Source: Gekko japonicus (taxonomy: Eukaryota). Taken from it: a stretch of DNA of 64,000 bases. Made by a program: the position numbers and the translations under genes. Every line of letters begins with the position of its first letter. Position 1 is the first letter of the stretch. Below are positions 37,091 through 49,121 of this stretch, in pieces. The DNA lies in contig NW_015174315.1 of assembly GCF_001447785.1 (NCBI RefSeq), positions 82,970 through 146,969 of the forward strand, given 5' to 3'. Under the pieces are notes generated by a model. That model was not told the DNA's origin, ran no database searches, and worked only from the letters and a program-made list of their open reading frames with translations.

Positions 37091-38927
37091 CTGATTTAGG
37101 GAGCAAATGAAACTTGTGCACGCAGTGCTGGTCAGTCAGACTCCTCTCTTCGCACAGCTGGTGGCCGTTGCTCCAAAACTTGTAGCAGTCTTCGTGCAGC
37201 TGCAGGGCGTACTTGTGAAAAGCCGGTCCCCGGGCATGTTGGCTGTACACCCGCAAGGCCTGAGCCAGCTGGTTCTTATGCACCGTCATGGTGTAGTTAT
37301 GCGGCAGGTTGGACTGGTATGCACTGTGGGCCATCGGCAAGGCCTTCTGGCAACGGTTCTCCGAGAACTTGGTGTCGATGTCCAAGTAGCCTTCCAAGAC
37401 TTTGATGCTGCTCAAAATCTTGGAAGTCAGCTCCCCAGCAACAGAAGAAGGGTCACTGTCTTTGCCTTCAATTGCTACTTCATACAGTTTCAGGGCAGTG
37501 GCCACCCACTTCTGGTAAGTAGGAAGCTCGAAGTGGGACGGCTGGGGGTTCCTGCCCACGCTGTCATCGAAGCCCTTCTTGCCAAGGACAAGCTCAACGT
37601 GCTGGAAAAGGAACTCTTTCAAGGTGCAGTCCACCAGCTGGCCCGAAGAACCAGAGCTGCTGCTCTCCACGTGGAAGGATAGCTGCTGCCGCCCATGGCG
37701 CATCATCTGGTACCTCCTGGGCCCGGTCAAGGCAGGCGTCAAGATGGACTCCGCCTCTCGGGCCGTGCAGTTGCTGCGGAGCTGATCCAGCAAGACTGCA
37801 ATGGGGTCGTCGCCCTCTTGAGCTCCGCCCGTCACGATGTAAACGAACGCCTGGTTGGCCGGGACGGTGAAGAGGCAGTTGATGCTCTGGTTAGTCAGCA
37901 CCCGGCTCTTGCGGAAGATGCGGTAGATCTGGTCCTCCAGAGCGTGCTGGAGCCTCCTCTTGGGGGAGTGCTTCTTCGGGGGAGGCTTCTCCAGATGCCC
38001 ACAAAGCTCCTGCCCCCTGCCCGGAGAGGGCTCCACTTTGAGGGCCCCGTTGAGTTGGAAGAGGAAGAGAAGGCGGGGCGGGCAAGGCCGACAGTTGAGC
38101 TTCCAGTCCTTGCCGACGGGGCAGTCCTTGATGGCAGACTTCAGGGAGGGCAGCACCTTCTGCCGCAGCCCGTCCAAAGCCCGGAAAACCCGGTCGTAGG
38201 TAATGTCGAAGGAGCACGTTGGGTGCACCATCAGCAGGATGTGGCAGACGGAGAAGAGGTACAGCAGGCTGAGGCAGTGCAGTTTCTCCTGGTGCTTCCA
38301 AAACTCGTGGGCCTCCGCGTGAGGCAGTGGGGAGCCACCTTGGGCAGGGTGCCCCCCTAGGCCCCCAGGCACCCGGCCATCCCCCATGGCATCGAGGTCC
38401 CTACAGGCTTGCAGCAGCTGGCGGCTGTCGCAGATGGAGGTGAGCACCAGGTAGAGCACCTTGCACTCCGGGCTGTAATAGGCTTGCAAGAGGTTGTAAT
38501 CCCCCTGCAAAGAGGAGGAGGAGGAGGAGGAAGAAGAAGAAGAGGAGGAAGAAGACGAGGAAGAGGAGGAGGAGGAGGAGGAAGGCGCAGGGGACTCCGC
38601 GGCCAGCTCGACGCCTTCCCCGTCCGCCGGCCTGGCCTCGGTCTCCCGCTGGAAGAGAGGGAACACTTGCCTGTCGCAGACCGTGTTCACCAAGGCCGCC
38701 TTCTCGGAGCAGAGCTGCAAAGCCGTTTTGCCAAAGATGCCCACCACGCACACCTCCTCTTCCTCCGCGGGGGAGGCCACCCCGGGCCCGCCGCCACCGC
38801 CACCGCTACTGGTGGGCGTGGTGGCGGGGCTGCCCCCCTCCGTGGTGGTGGCGCTACCCCCCTCCGCCCCGGCCAGCAGCAGTTCCCGCAGGTTCACCGG
38901 GCTGCGCACGGGCGTCGCGCCCACCAT
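37091..38927 (-). CDS. SMG8: SMG8 exon 1 (NMD factor SMG8; MVGATPVRSPVNLRELL...HKFHLLPKS); full CDS join 38927-37091, 34439-34294, 31012-30137, 28195-27998 = 1018 aa
   Basis: Extensive identity to SMG8 (CVVGIFGKT, HAEAHEFWKHQEK, DIDTKFSENRCQKALP); AGGATGG Kozak; G|gtgagt donor. Confidence 0.97.
38511..38582 (-). repeat. Coding (TCC/TCT)n microsatellite, 24 serines
   Basis: 72 nt of GAG/GAA repeats on the plus strand, in frame with SMG8. Confidence 0.95.
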
Positions 38928-38929
38928 CC

Positions 38930-39180
38930 TCGCGGATCTGCAACGCGCTTCCCCAAGAGCGGAGGTCCAAGGCTTGGAAGCGCGGGGCTGCGGGGGACGA
39001 CTGCGCACGCGCGGGGAAGAACGCGGCAGCCAATCAGTTTCCGCGGAAAGAAATTGATACATTTTCGCTCTAGAACTTCCGTGGGGGGAAGGGATTCATG
39101 CCCGCGCATGCTCAGTTGCCTACATGGAAGTGGCTGGTCTTTCTACCGCCCTTCCCCTGCCAGCGCTCCGAACCGCATGG
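38930..39180 (-). promoter_or_regulatory. SMG8 CpG promoter/5' UTR
   Basis: CpG-rich; CCAAT 39030-39034, ETS-like ACTTCCG, NRF1-like GCGCATGC and TGCGCACGCGC. Confidence 0.65.
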
Positions 39181-39443
39181 AGGGTTGCCAACTCCAGGTT
39201 GGGAAATTCCTGGAGATTTGGAGGTAGAGGAAGGACCTCAGTGGGGCATAATGCCGTACAGTCCATCATCCAAATCAGCCGTTTTCTCTCGGGGGACTGA
39301 TCTCGGTAGCCAGGAGGTCACTTAAAATTCTGGGAGATCTCCAGGCATCATCACCCTAGAGACTATAAAGGATGACTCCGTTTGTTAAACTAAAAGAAAA
39401 CGAAGTACTGCTTGGTATATATGTACATATGTGTATGACAGGG

Positions 39444-39777
39444 CTGTGGTGGCTCAGAGGTTAAGATGCTGAGTGGGAAGGTCGGTAGTTCGGCAATTCG
39501 AGACCCGAGTGCCACGTGACGGAGTGAGCTCCCATCTCTGGCCCCAGCTCCTGCCAACCTAGCAGTTCGAAAGCAAGAAACTGCAGGTAGATAAATAGGT
39601 ACCGCTTTGGCGGGAAGGTAACAGCGTTCTGTGTGCCTTGGCGTTTAGTCATGCCGGCCACATAACCACAGAAACGTCTTCGGACAGCACTGGCTTTTCA
39701 GCTTGGAAATGGAGATGAGCACCGCACCCTAGAGTCGGATTCGGCTAGCCTTTGAGCAAGGGAAACCTTTACCTTTT
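39444..39777 (+). mobile_element. Sauria SINE
   Basis: tRNA-like head, diagnostic core, ACCTTTACCTTT tail. Confidence 0.88.
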
Positions 39778-40465
39778 ATGCGTATGACAGCCCCTAGGCC
39801 TGGGATCTGTGTTCTGGGACTGAAATGACATCCCTGAGTGGAATGAGGATCTCCTCTGGGATAGATCACCCCATTTACTCTTTTTCTCTCATTTTTCATA
39901 CATTCATGAGGGCTGAATCAGGTATGGGCGGAGAGGTCTGGGTCTGGAGCTCCCTGTGATTTTTTTTCCCAACTCAATTCTGAGGCACATAGACCTATCA
40001 TGGATATATATATAGGCCTTCAGGTCACACCTGACTTATGGCAACCCCATGGGGTTTTCAAGGCAAGAGACATTCGGAGGTTGTTTGCCATTGCCTCCTA
40101 CCAGGCCCCACCTTGAGGTTGGCAACCCTAGAGAGAAGGGCTTGGGAGGTAGATCTGAACTGGCTAGCTGGACTATACAGAAAGCACCGGCCATTCAGGT
40201 AGTCTGGTCCCAAGCCAGGGCCTTAAACGCAAGAGCCAGTGTTTTGATCTTGTGTTGTGCTTGGAAACAGGTGGGGATCAAGCACAGGGGTGACAGAAGC
40301 ATCCCTGCATCCAGCTTAGCACCTGACGCTTAACATTTTTGTTGCAGGAAGATCTTTTGCATCACTAGAGTGCCTACAGCAATTGTGCAGAATGCGTATC
40401 ACCATAATGCAAATCAGTCTTCACGTACAGACACACAGCTGGTTCTGACTAGGGCACATCTCACC

Positions 40466-40672
40466 CAATCCTCCCTCTAAGCTGTGGAGTCTTGTCAGCA
40501 AAAATTCTACTATGTAGTTACTGGCATTAAAGTTGTGAGCGAGCGATATTGGCTCCTGCATAAATTAGTTTGCTCTGGAGCCATCCTTTCTGAGCTAAGA
40601 CAAAAATGTGTGAGCCGGAGGCTAAAAAACTGTGAGCTAGCTCACACTAACTCACCTTAAGAGGGAACACTG
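40466..40672. mobile_element. ~206-bp hAT MITE
   Basis: Same family as 31390-31595; TSD ATCTCACC/GTCTCACT. Confidence 0.85.
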
Positions 40673-41684
40673 GTCTCACTCTGCCTTCTGTCTCTCGCCA
40701 AATGCTGCTGGTAAACTCTTAAGCAAGAAGTGAAGGTCCACATCCCCCTCTCCACACAGAGACACCACCTCTAAACATAGAGTTTGGTTCCTCAGTTATT
40801 ACGGACAAAAGCTAAAAATAAAACGTCTTCCCATTAATGGGTCTAATCCTGTTTAAAAGCTATTTCAGCTAGTGGCCACAGTATCCTGTAGCACTGAATT
40901 GCATTCATTAATTGGGCATTCTGTAAAGCAGTAACTGTCACCATTGCATCACCGAAGAACTGCTGGGGTGCCATGAGAAATATAGTGAAGTTTCCTAATT
41001 GCCCGAAGCAGCCATTCACAGAAGAGGCTGGTTGTTGTGACTGTATGATTAACTGGCTGTATGATTAACTCTTTCCAATCAGCCTCCACTGTCGGGGGGT
41101 GTTCTGCCTGCCTTTGAATTAGAAATGACTGAATGATCCAATCAGTCCTAAGTTTATGAAGAATTACTGTGCTCAGAAGGGGCTGCTTTATAACTCCGGG
41201 CCCAGGGCCTGCATAGCTGTGGGTCCACCTCTCTCGCCGTGTTCCACTGGGGCAGCTCTAGTATATCTCTCCATGTGGGATTATGGTTGTGGTTCACATC
41301 TCTGCCCTCCTTGAGAGCTCCCAGAGAGACTGGCACTGCGGAAAGCAGGGTAGCCCTGCTATATGACAGGCGCATCACCGGCATACCCCAAAGGCCAGGC
41401 CTCGGCCAGAAATAACCTTTTTCCTTGGGAGTACTGAAACTATGCCCCCCTTTCCTCTGTGCCCCAACCCATTCAGTGATTTGATTTTTGCCAACAACAA
41501 AAAAATGATGACTGGCAAAGGTTAATTTTCTAAACCAACAGCTCCCTTGCAAACCCGTGTTCCTTGAGTGAGACATCATACTCTTTAATGTACAATTCAG
41601 TAACTTTAAAAATTACTTTTGTTAGCTGCTTTCAGAAGATACTTGACCACAAAAAACAGACACATACTACCAAGTTGACGATGC

Positions 41685-41900
41685 AAATGATGGCGGTGGT
41701 GGAAAGTTCTGTCATCACAGCTGACTTACGGCAACCTTGTAGGGCTTTCAAGGCAAGAGCTGTTCAGAGGCGGTTTGCCATTGCCTGCCTCCACATCACA
41801 ACCCTGGTATTCCTTGGAGGTCTCCCATCCAAATACGAGCCAGGGCTGACCCTGCTTAGCTTCCAAGATCTGACAAGACTGGGCTATTTAGTTCAGGGCA
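41685..41900 (-). mobile_element. 5S rRNA-derived SINE
   Basis: GGTCTCCCATCCAAATAC..CCCTGCTTAGCTTCCAAGATC is the reverse of the 5S internal region. Confidence 0.7.
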
Positions 41901-43621
41901 TACAAATGGATTGCAGACCAAATTAAATCTGGTTCAAAAGAACATAAGAAAGAGCCCTCCTGGATCATACCAGTGGTCCATCATCCTGTTTTACACAGTA
42001 GCCACCCAGTTGCCCCCATATGGCCAATTAACAGGACATAGCAGCCAAGGTCTTCCCCTGATGTTGTCTCCTTGAACTAACAGTCAGAGGTTTACTGCTT
42101 CTGAATGAGGAGGTTCCCTTTAGCCTAATAGCCACTGATGCACCTCTCCTCCATCAGTCTGTCTAATCCCCTTTTAAAGCCATCTGTTAGTGGCATAATT
42201 TGGATCTAATTAATCCCATTTTTCTCCCATCAGACACTCATTCTAAAAAGATTAACCTGTTTTATGGCACAACACACACACAGACACGCCTGCATCACAC
42301 AGAGATGCCCATTTTGATATGATGGATATAAATTCTGTTCTCAGGCTCACCACTCCATGTATGAGCCTGCAAAGGTGAGGTGCCTGGTTACTAGAAACAG
42401 GGATTTTTCAGTGATCCTCCCCTTTTGAGGCTCACCTAGCACCTACTCAACTTTTAGGTGCCAGCCCAAAACACTGCCTTTTAGCTAGGCTTTTAACATA
42501 TGGTCCATTTTTTAAGGTAGCTTTTGTGGCTCACTTCTAGCCTGTAGATTATTTTAGGGCACTGGTTTGGAATGTAAAAATTGAGGGATTTTTAACCAAA
42601 ATTGGGATAGAAAGTTTAATTCCATTCCCCGGTGATGATTTATTATTATTACTGATTAAATTTATATCCCGCCCTATCCCATGAGTCGTATATTCTATAC
42701 CCCACTTATTCTTCCTGAGGGTGTACTTGCATCCCCATTGCTTACAGCCATGATTATAACAAAAATGCTTCTGAGCATGTGCAAAATGCCTTTAGGCTAC
42801 AGTTGTTCACTGCAGGAACAGGATTTCACAGACCTGGCCATGCTCACGGGATCTGTGGATGCTCTTTTTAAACCTGCGCACAGGAAGAATGCTAAGCATT
42901 TTGCAGTTAGTACATTGTCACAGCCCAAAGACACTACCAGCACGTGCTCAAAGGCACTGTTTCCTCAAGTGCAAAAACAAGCGAGGTGAGAACAATATTT
43001 TCTGACACTGTGACTAGCCCCGTTACAAAGCTTGTGCTCAGCTTTATCATGAAATCTTATCCTTACCTCCCATTTTGTAGTTCTGTCTACCCAGGTGAAG
43101 CAGCTTGTCATAACCCAAAATCACTCTGCATAGGCTCAGAGGCACTGTTTGCTAAGGTCCTGGGCAGACCTCTAACACTGCTCTGAGTTCTAAAGACACA
43201 CAAATTTCTCTGGGTTTACAAATACCAAAGTCTTGAAAAATAAGTTTGAAAAAATTATATTTACAGCAGAGAAAACTGAAAATCTGTTCACATACAAAGC
43301 TACCCAGAGAGGTTGAAGTGAGTCCAAGACCATCTAGTGGTGATGAGCAGCCTCTGGGGCACCCCCTTGGCCACAACACTGACGCGGCTCCCCCAAGCTA
43401 CTTTGGCACATGCAGCAGAGAGGAACAGAAGGATGACGGGGCAGAGTCTCCTCTTGCCTGCCTTTCCAGGGAACGGAGGGATCTGCCCTCGAGGTCTGCC
43501 ATGCTGTCCCCCGATGCTTTCTTAGTAACAGCCTCCATACATCCAAGTAGAGTCATTAGTGACCAACAGAGTCCAGATCAGTGGCAAGAGGACCTTGAAC
43601 ACACCGTTGGGCGAAGCGGTA

Positions 43622-43690
43622 TTAACTTTGCTCCTCAAAGCTGTTTCCTCTGAGCAAGTGAGACGGAGAGGGACTTTTGGGGTGAGCCAA
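43622..43690 (-). CDS. PRR11: PRR11 terminal coding exon (LAHPKSPSPSHLLRGNSFEEQS*)
   Basis: Matches the PRR11 C-terminus (LAHPRSP..SFDEQN); polypyrimidine tract + aacag| acceptor; TAA. Confidence 0.9.
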   Translation of the reverse strand: MAHPKSPSPSHLLRGNSFEEQS

Positions 43691-44229
43691 CTGTTGGAGA
43701 GAAAGAAAGGACAGGACAAAAGGTTTCAACTTCCAGCAGAACCTTCGATAGCTTAATAAGGCAAGCAGTTTGGGGTGGCAGCAGTGAAGTCCCTATGAAG
43801 GATGGGCTGGGCTGCTGCAATGCTAAAACAGGGCCCACCAACTGTACCTTGTACCAGCTGAAATTTGTTAACGACCACTGACACCTCCCCCAGCTGATGA
43901 ACATCTCACCCCAGACATCATGTTGGTCTTCAGACATACTCAGAAGCTGCTTTCCAAGGGCCTACGACGACCAGCACGGCATTACAGACAAGAGTCTTGC
44001 CCTTCTCCAGGCTTTTGGTAAAGGGTGGAAGAATCACCATTCCACACGCTGCTAGGCTTTGGATCCCACACTGCGTGTCCCTTGCTAGAGCATACAATGT
44101 GCTCACCATCTGTGGACCCCTAGATGGGGCAGGCAGAAGACGGTCACTGGCCAAATTACTCTGATCCTAGGGGAATGTCCCTGCAGGTGAAAGGTGCTTC
44201 CAAACCTACCCCAAAGGACATGCCAGAAG

Positions 44230-44735
44230 GTGGGGTGAGGGGACTGCTTCTTGGCCCAGTGGCATTTTTGCTATGGGGCTCTTCGGGGTCCTCCCCCCGT
44301 GTTATTTCCACAAGACTGGTGGTCCCCGGACCGAGAGACATCCAGCTGTCCTCAACTAGGGCCAGGGCTTTCTCTTCCCTGGCCCCTACCTGGTGGAACT
44401 CTCTGCCGAATAACATCCGTGCCCCACGGGACTTGCTGCCGTTCCGCAGGGCGTGTAAGGCAGAGATGTCCTGCCAGGTGTTTGGTTGAGGACAGCGACG
44501 GCCTTCCATCAAGTCTGCCACTCGTCCCCCTCTTCCTTCCCTGCCTCCCTCCTCTACGAGGCAATGACACTCCAAAAATTACTACCGTCAGATTGGTTTA
44601 GCCTGCTGTAAATTGCATTTTATGTATTAATTCTGAAATCTTTTGCAAGATTGTAATTTCATCACTGTTGTACCCTGAGCCCTGTTTTTCAGGGGGAGGG
44701 AGGCCTAAAAGTCAAACTTAATAAATAAATAATTT
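44230..44735 (+). mobile_element. L2-clade LINE 3' end
   Basis: RAFSSLAPTWWNSLP..PFRRACK motif and (AATA)n tail. Confidence 0.7.
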
Positions 44736-45591
44736 AGCACGTACAGGAATCTGCTCAGTAAGGTCGCCCAGAGACTTGGGACAAGGGTGTCACCTGTGCA
44801 CACAGGATGCTCCATTTTCCAGTCACCTGCATCAGATGAAATTGTATCTATCCTAAACAAGGGTCCATAACGGGTGGGGGAGGCCAAACAAATAAGTCAG
44901 TGCCAGAGCGCACGGAGGATCTGTTGGTAAGTGATCACTTCATCCAATGTGGTAGAGTTTCTCCTGTTCTGGATGGGCTGATCCGCCCCTTAAAGACCAG
45001 CCTTAGTGGCTACACCTCAGTTCCTGATCACATGTTTAAAGCGATGCTATTGACTCTCAAAGCCTTCAGGCAGCCTGAGGGTCAAAGTACAAGGGGCGGC
45101 AGGCACAGGTCTACCCAGGTGGCGGTCGACCCCATTTTAAAAGCGTTTGGGGTTCTTTAAAAACTGCTATGAGGTCCCAGTCCAGAATGGGTTGGCGTCC
45201 CCCCTCAGGGTTGTTTCGACATTTGAAAAGGAAACAAGGGATCCTGGGGCTGCCTGATCCAGATCGGGGCCTTGCGGCAATTTTTAAAGGAGGACAAATG
45301 CTCTTAAAATGGCAAATATGAATTTGGCCCAGAGATGGCGGTCTTGAAGTGCACCAGCTTCTATACGAACCTGCCTAGGCAGAACTTCATGGGGTCGCCA
45401 GGAGTCAGTTGTAACTTGACGGCAGGTTTTACCTTTAGCCATTAGGATCGTTTGTGGCAGCACCTCTAGGCATGCCCTTGCCTCCAGATGGTAGGCAATT
45501 CGTTACAGGAGAAAGGGTATGGTGACAACCAATTATGGAACCAACACCCCACCCAAATTCACCTGGCCCCGTACACTGCCACCCTTTAGAG

Positions 45592-46022
45592 CAGGGGTGT
45601 CAAACATGCGGCCCAGGGGCCAGATCAGGCTCCTGGAGGGCTTCTCTCAGGCCCGCAGTGGAACTGGCTGTCTTCTGCTTCTTCTTCCAGTTCTGCCGCT
45701 GCTGCATCATCGTAGGTTTGCAGCTTACAGATACAAACCTGAACAGCATGCTCAAGATTACAACAGCACAGACATTTTGATGCAGTAATTCAGAGCAAGA
45801 GGTGTCAGTTAGCAGACACTCTTAAATAAACAAAATATTGTAAGAGTGCTGATGTTTTAATCATGTTTTTATTTTGTTAAAAAAACCCTTTGTGTTTGTG
45901 TCCTTAATAAAGTTTATATCTCCGCTACCTGGCATTACATTTTATGACTCACATGGCCTAGCCCGACAAGGTCTCATTTATGTCAGATCCAGCCCTCATA
46001 ACAAATGAGTTCGACACCCCTG
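45592..46022. mobile_element. hAT (Charlie-like) MITE
   Basis: TIR CAGGGGTGTCAAAC / GTTCGACACCCCTG; perfect TSD CTTTAGAG. Confidence 0.9.
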
Positions 46023-46956
46023 CTTTAGAGGTCACGTCTCAGGCTGAGGCCTTTCACATCATCTACTGCTTGATTCTTTTAACTAGAGATGCCGGGGATC
46101 AAACTAGGGAAGTTTTACATGCAAAGCAGATACGCTACCACTGAGCCACATCTCCTCTGCACATAACAACACAACCGTGTAGGAGGGCCGATGACAGTCA
46201 GAAAGTCTTCAGAAGACAACGGTAGAGGGAGACAAATGAATCTCCCTTGGGATGGAATTCCAGAGTATCACTGCCACAACCGAGAGGGCCCATTCTCAAG
46301 TTGCCATCCGTTTTGCCACAGATGGGTATGGGGCACCTGAAGCGGGGTCCCCCAAACTTGACTGGAGTGGACAGGCAGGGTAGAGGAGGTGTGTTACGGA
46401 AGCAACGTTAGAGGCTAGAATTAACTCTCTCCTGCAATAACTGAAATTCAATACAAGAGTTTGAAGAGGGCACCAAGCAAATTTTTGCAAGGCATGGGGG
46501 GCAAAAGCAAGGTTTGGGGGTCTGGCTTGGCCCCCGGGGGGCCTCCCAAAGGCCTTGCAGAACCACTGCCAGTCAGGGCAGGTGGCCTCAGGCTAGACTG
46601 ACCAGTGATCTGACTCAGTACAGAACAGCTTCATAAGTTCACAGAAAGAGGGGCCATGGCTCAGTGGCAGACCACTTGCCTTGCGCAAAGACATTCCGAC
46701 GTTCAAGCCCTGCTGCCTCTAGTTCAAAGCAGCAGATACCTCTGGTAGCAGCTCTCCCTCCCTCCAAGTCCTTAGAGAGCCGCTTGCCAGGCCGAGTAAC
46801 TGATACTGGGCATGATGGATCAAGTTGACTCATCATAAGCCGGCTTCATAGCTTCCTCTTCCTACCGCTGGTTGCATGCGTTAGGGGGGAGGGTTGCAAA
46901 TGCCCCAATCAACTGCACAATTTAAGGTGCAATTATGACCGTTTAGGTTGCCTTGC

Positions 46957-47053
46957 CTGAAATTTGCGACGAAGGGCCTGGGTCATGAGCGGGGTCAATC
47001 CTGTGCCAGTCTCAAGGTTCTCTTTGTGGATTAAAGGGGTCCCACCTGGACTC
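46957..47053 (-). CDS. PRR11: PRR11 coding exon 8 ([32 protein letters not shown])
   Basis: Highly conserved PRR11 motif incl. KEN box; ttgcag| acceptor; donor CAG|gcaagg (GC-AG). Confidence 0.93.
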
Positions 47054-47174
47054 CTGCAAGAGACAAAAGAGCATGCATCCAGCACCAGGGAGTATTCACT
47101 TCCATCTTCTATTTCCCTAAAAGACTTCTGCACCACCCTCTGCCCCAGTTAAACAAACCAACCAACATATTTAC

Positions 47175-47234
47175 CTCTTAGCAGAGACCCTTCTTAGGTG
47201 TTTTCGAAAATCTATGCAACTTCTGCTGGGTGTG
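47175..47234 (-). CDS. PRR11: PRR11 coding exon 7 (TPSRSCIDFRKHLRRVSAK)
   Basis: ctccag| and AG|gtaaat; homologous to TPGKSQMDLRKLLRKV (D-box RxxL). Confidence 0.88.
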
Positions 47235-47373
47235 CTGGAGGAAAAAAACAGGGAGCGAACAGTAAAATTCAAGCCAGGGCTTGAAAAGTGGGCCTACTGT
47301 TAACTGTAAGTTAGCGTACAAGGGTCAGTAACACAGATATCTACGAAATCAGAGGGAGCAGCAGAATCCTTAC

Positions 47374-47483
47374 CTGGAACTATTTGCAATGCGGTTCGGC
47401 GGCGCTGCGGCTTTGGAATTCAGACTAACGCTCTGCAAATCTGAGATGGTAATTAATGCCCTCCGTTTCTGCAAAGGTGATCC
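47374..47483 (-). CDS. PRR11: PRR11 coding exon 6 (GSPLQKRRALITISDLQSVSLNSK...)
   Basis: Homologous to LVTVSDLQHVTLK; AG|gtaagg donor; 110 nt fits phase. Confidence 0.88.
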
Positions 47484-48592
47484 CTTAACATTAAAAAAAA
47501 GGAAAGAATAAAATCAGATATTTTAAAAAAGTTCCCATCAGGCCTCAAGCAGTTGACAGCTCCACAGTTCTGGCACGCTGCATTCCAAAAACGGAAACAA
47601 TTCCAACGATATCCTCCGCCCCACCCCAAGCACTGTCCGTTAAGCCTTGAAGAACTTGCTCAGCATGTCCATCTGGCAATGGAGATTACCAGGAACTGCC
47701 TAAGGACTTTAACACCAAATTTTTTCAGTCATAGAAGCTGGAAACTTAATTTTTCACAGGGAAAGCTGGGAGAAAGCACTGAACAAACTCTTACAGATTA
47801 CTTCACAGGTGATAGCTTCCATACCTTTGGAATCCACAAACACCAAAATAAATGTATTTGACCACTTGGTACAGGTTTAAGTTAACCACGGAAAAGGTGA
47901 AGGTGGTGCTTGCAAATAAAAATCTCGAACGCTACCCCATTTCTTCATTTATACATACCAAACCCTAAACTTTTCACAATGACTGGCTGCTAACTTGACC
48001 TTAATCAGCCTTGAGTGGCAATTTTGGGGTCAGTAAAAAACAAAACCCAAGTCACCAACCAACCGCTTGAGAGTTGGAATCGTTGCTTCTGCCCGGCCTC
48101 CTGCAGTCCATGTTTAAAAGGCTGCACAACGTGGAAAGCGGATACGTGATTCTGGGGCAATCCTGGCATAAGAAATGGCTCGTTTTAGTTTCACCTTTGT
48201 TCTCTACGCTGAAGCTTCTAAATATGTCTGCACAGTGTATGGAATTTTGTGCTTGTACAGGGCAAATTACTGGAGCCAGGAAGCAGTTGTATCAGATGAC
48301 CCGCAGAAATAATTGTCTGTACACATCCACAGAGTCTTCCTTACTGTGACTACACCACAACTTGCATCACTGTGCTGCCGCCAGGTTCGTTACACCAGAT
48401 TCTGTGTTCTGATTTGCTACTGCAGAGGCAGCTCAAAGGATTCTTAGGCCGCTGCTCCAAATCACCTAGCCCAAAGCAAACCATTAAACATTAAACCATC
48501 TCGGCCTGCCCTGCCTTTTGGTACTTGCTGCCCAATGCTTCCTAGACACTGTTTATAATCTATTGGGCACTATTCTTTTAGGTACCTCCCAC

Positions 48593-48799
48593 CAATGCTC
48601 CCTCTAAGCAGTGGAGTCCTGTGAGCAAAAAGTCTACTTCGTGAGCTCCTGGGCATTAAAGTCGTGAGCGAGCTATCTGGCTGCTGCATAAATTAGTTTG
48701 CTCTGGAGCCATCCTTCCTGAGCTGAGACAAAAATGTGTGATCCGGAGGCTAAAAAACTATGAGCTAGTTCACACTAACTCAGTTTAGAGGGAGCACTG
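48593..48799. mobile_element. ~206-bp hAT MITE
   Basis: Perfect TSD CCTCCCAC. Confidence 0.9.
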
Positions 48800-49022
48800 C
48801 CTCCCACCATCTGATCAAAAACTGTTACAAATCAGGCCATCTACCATTGCCTGTTCAAATGTCACAGGAGATGTTGGATTACTTAAGTTTAATGCCATCT
48901 TGTTTTAATTCGTTGAACTGTTTTTATATCTTGGTTTTTATTATGTTGAGCCCATTTGTGGGGTAGGGCGGGATACAAGTTAAATAAACAAACACATTTT
49001 AATATTAACTGTATCCACGTAC

Positions 49023-49121
49023 CTTTTCTATTTTTAGGCAACGTTGTGTCTTCTTTAGTTTCACGCTCAGGAGATCCTTGAGGGTTATTTGCATAGGCAC
49101 ATCTGTTTTTAACGAGGCATC
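49023..49121 (-). CDS. PRR11: PRR11 coding exon 5 (DASLKTDVPMQITLKDLLSVKLKKTQ...)
   Basis: Homologous to PMQITVKDLLTVKLKKTQ; ttcag| and AAG|gtacgt; 99 nt. Confidence 0.92.

Noticed and set aside
37107-39227. Plus-strand ORFs of 191, 221 and 272 aa antisense to SMG8
   Set aside because: Shadow ORFs of GC-rich coding sequence with no recognisable domain.
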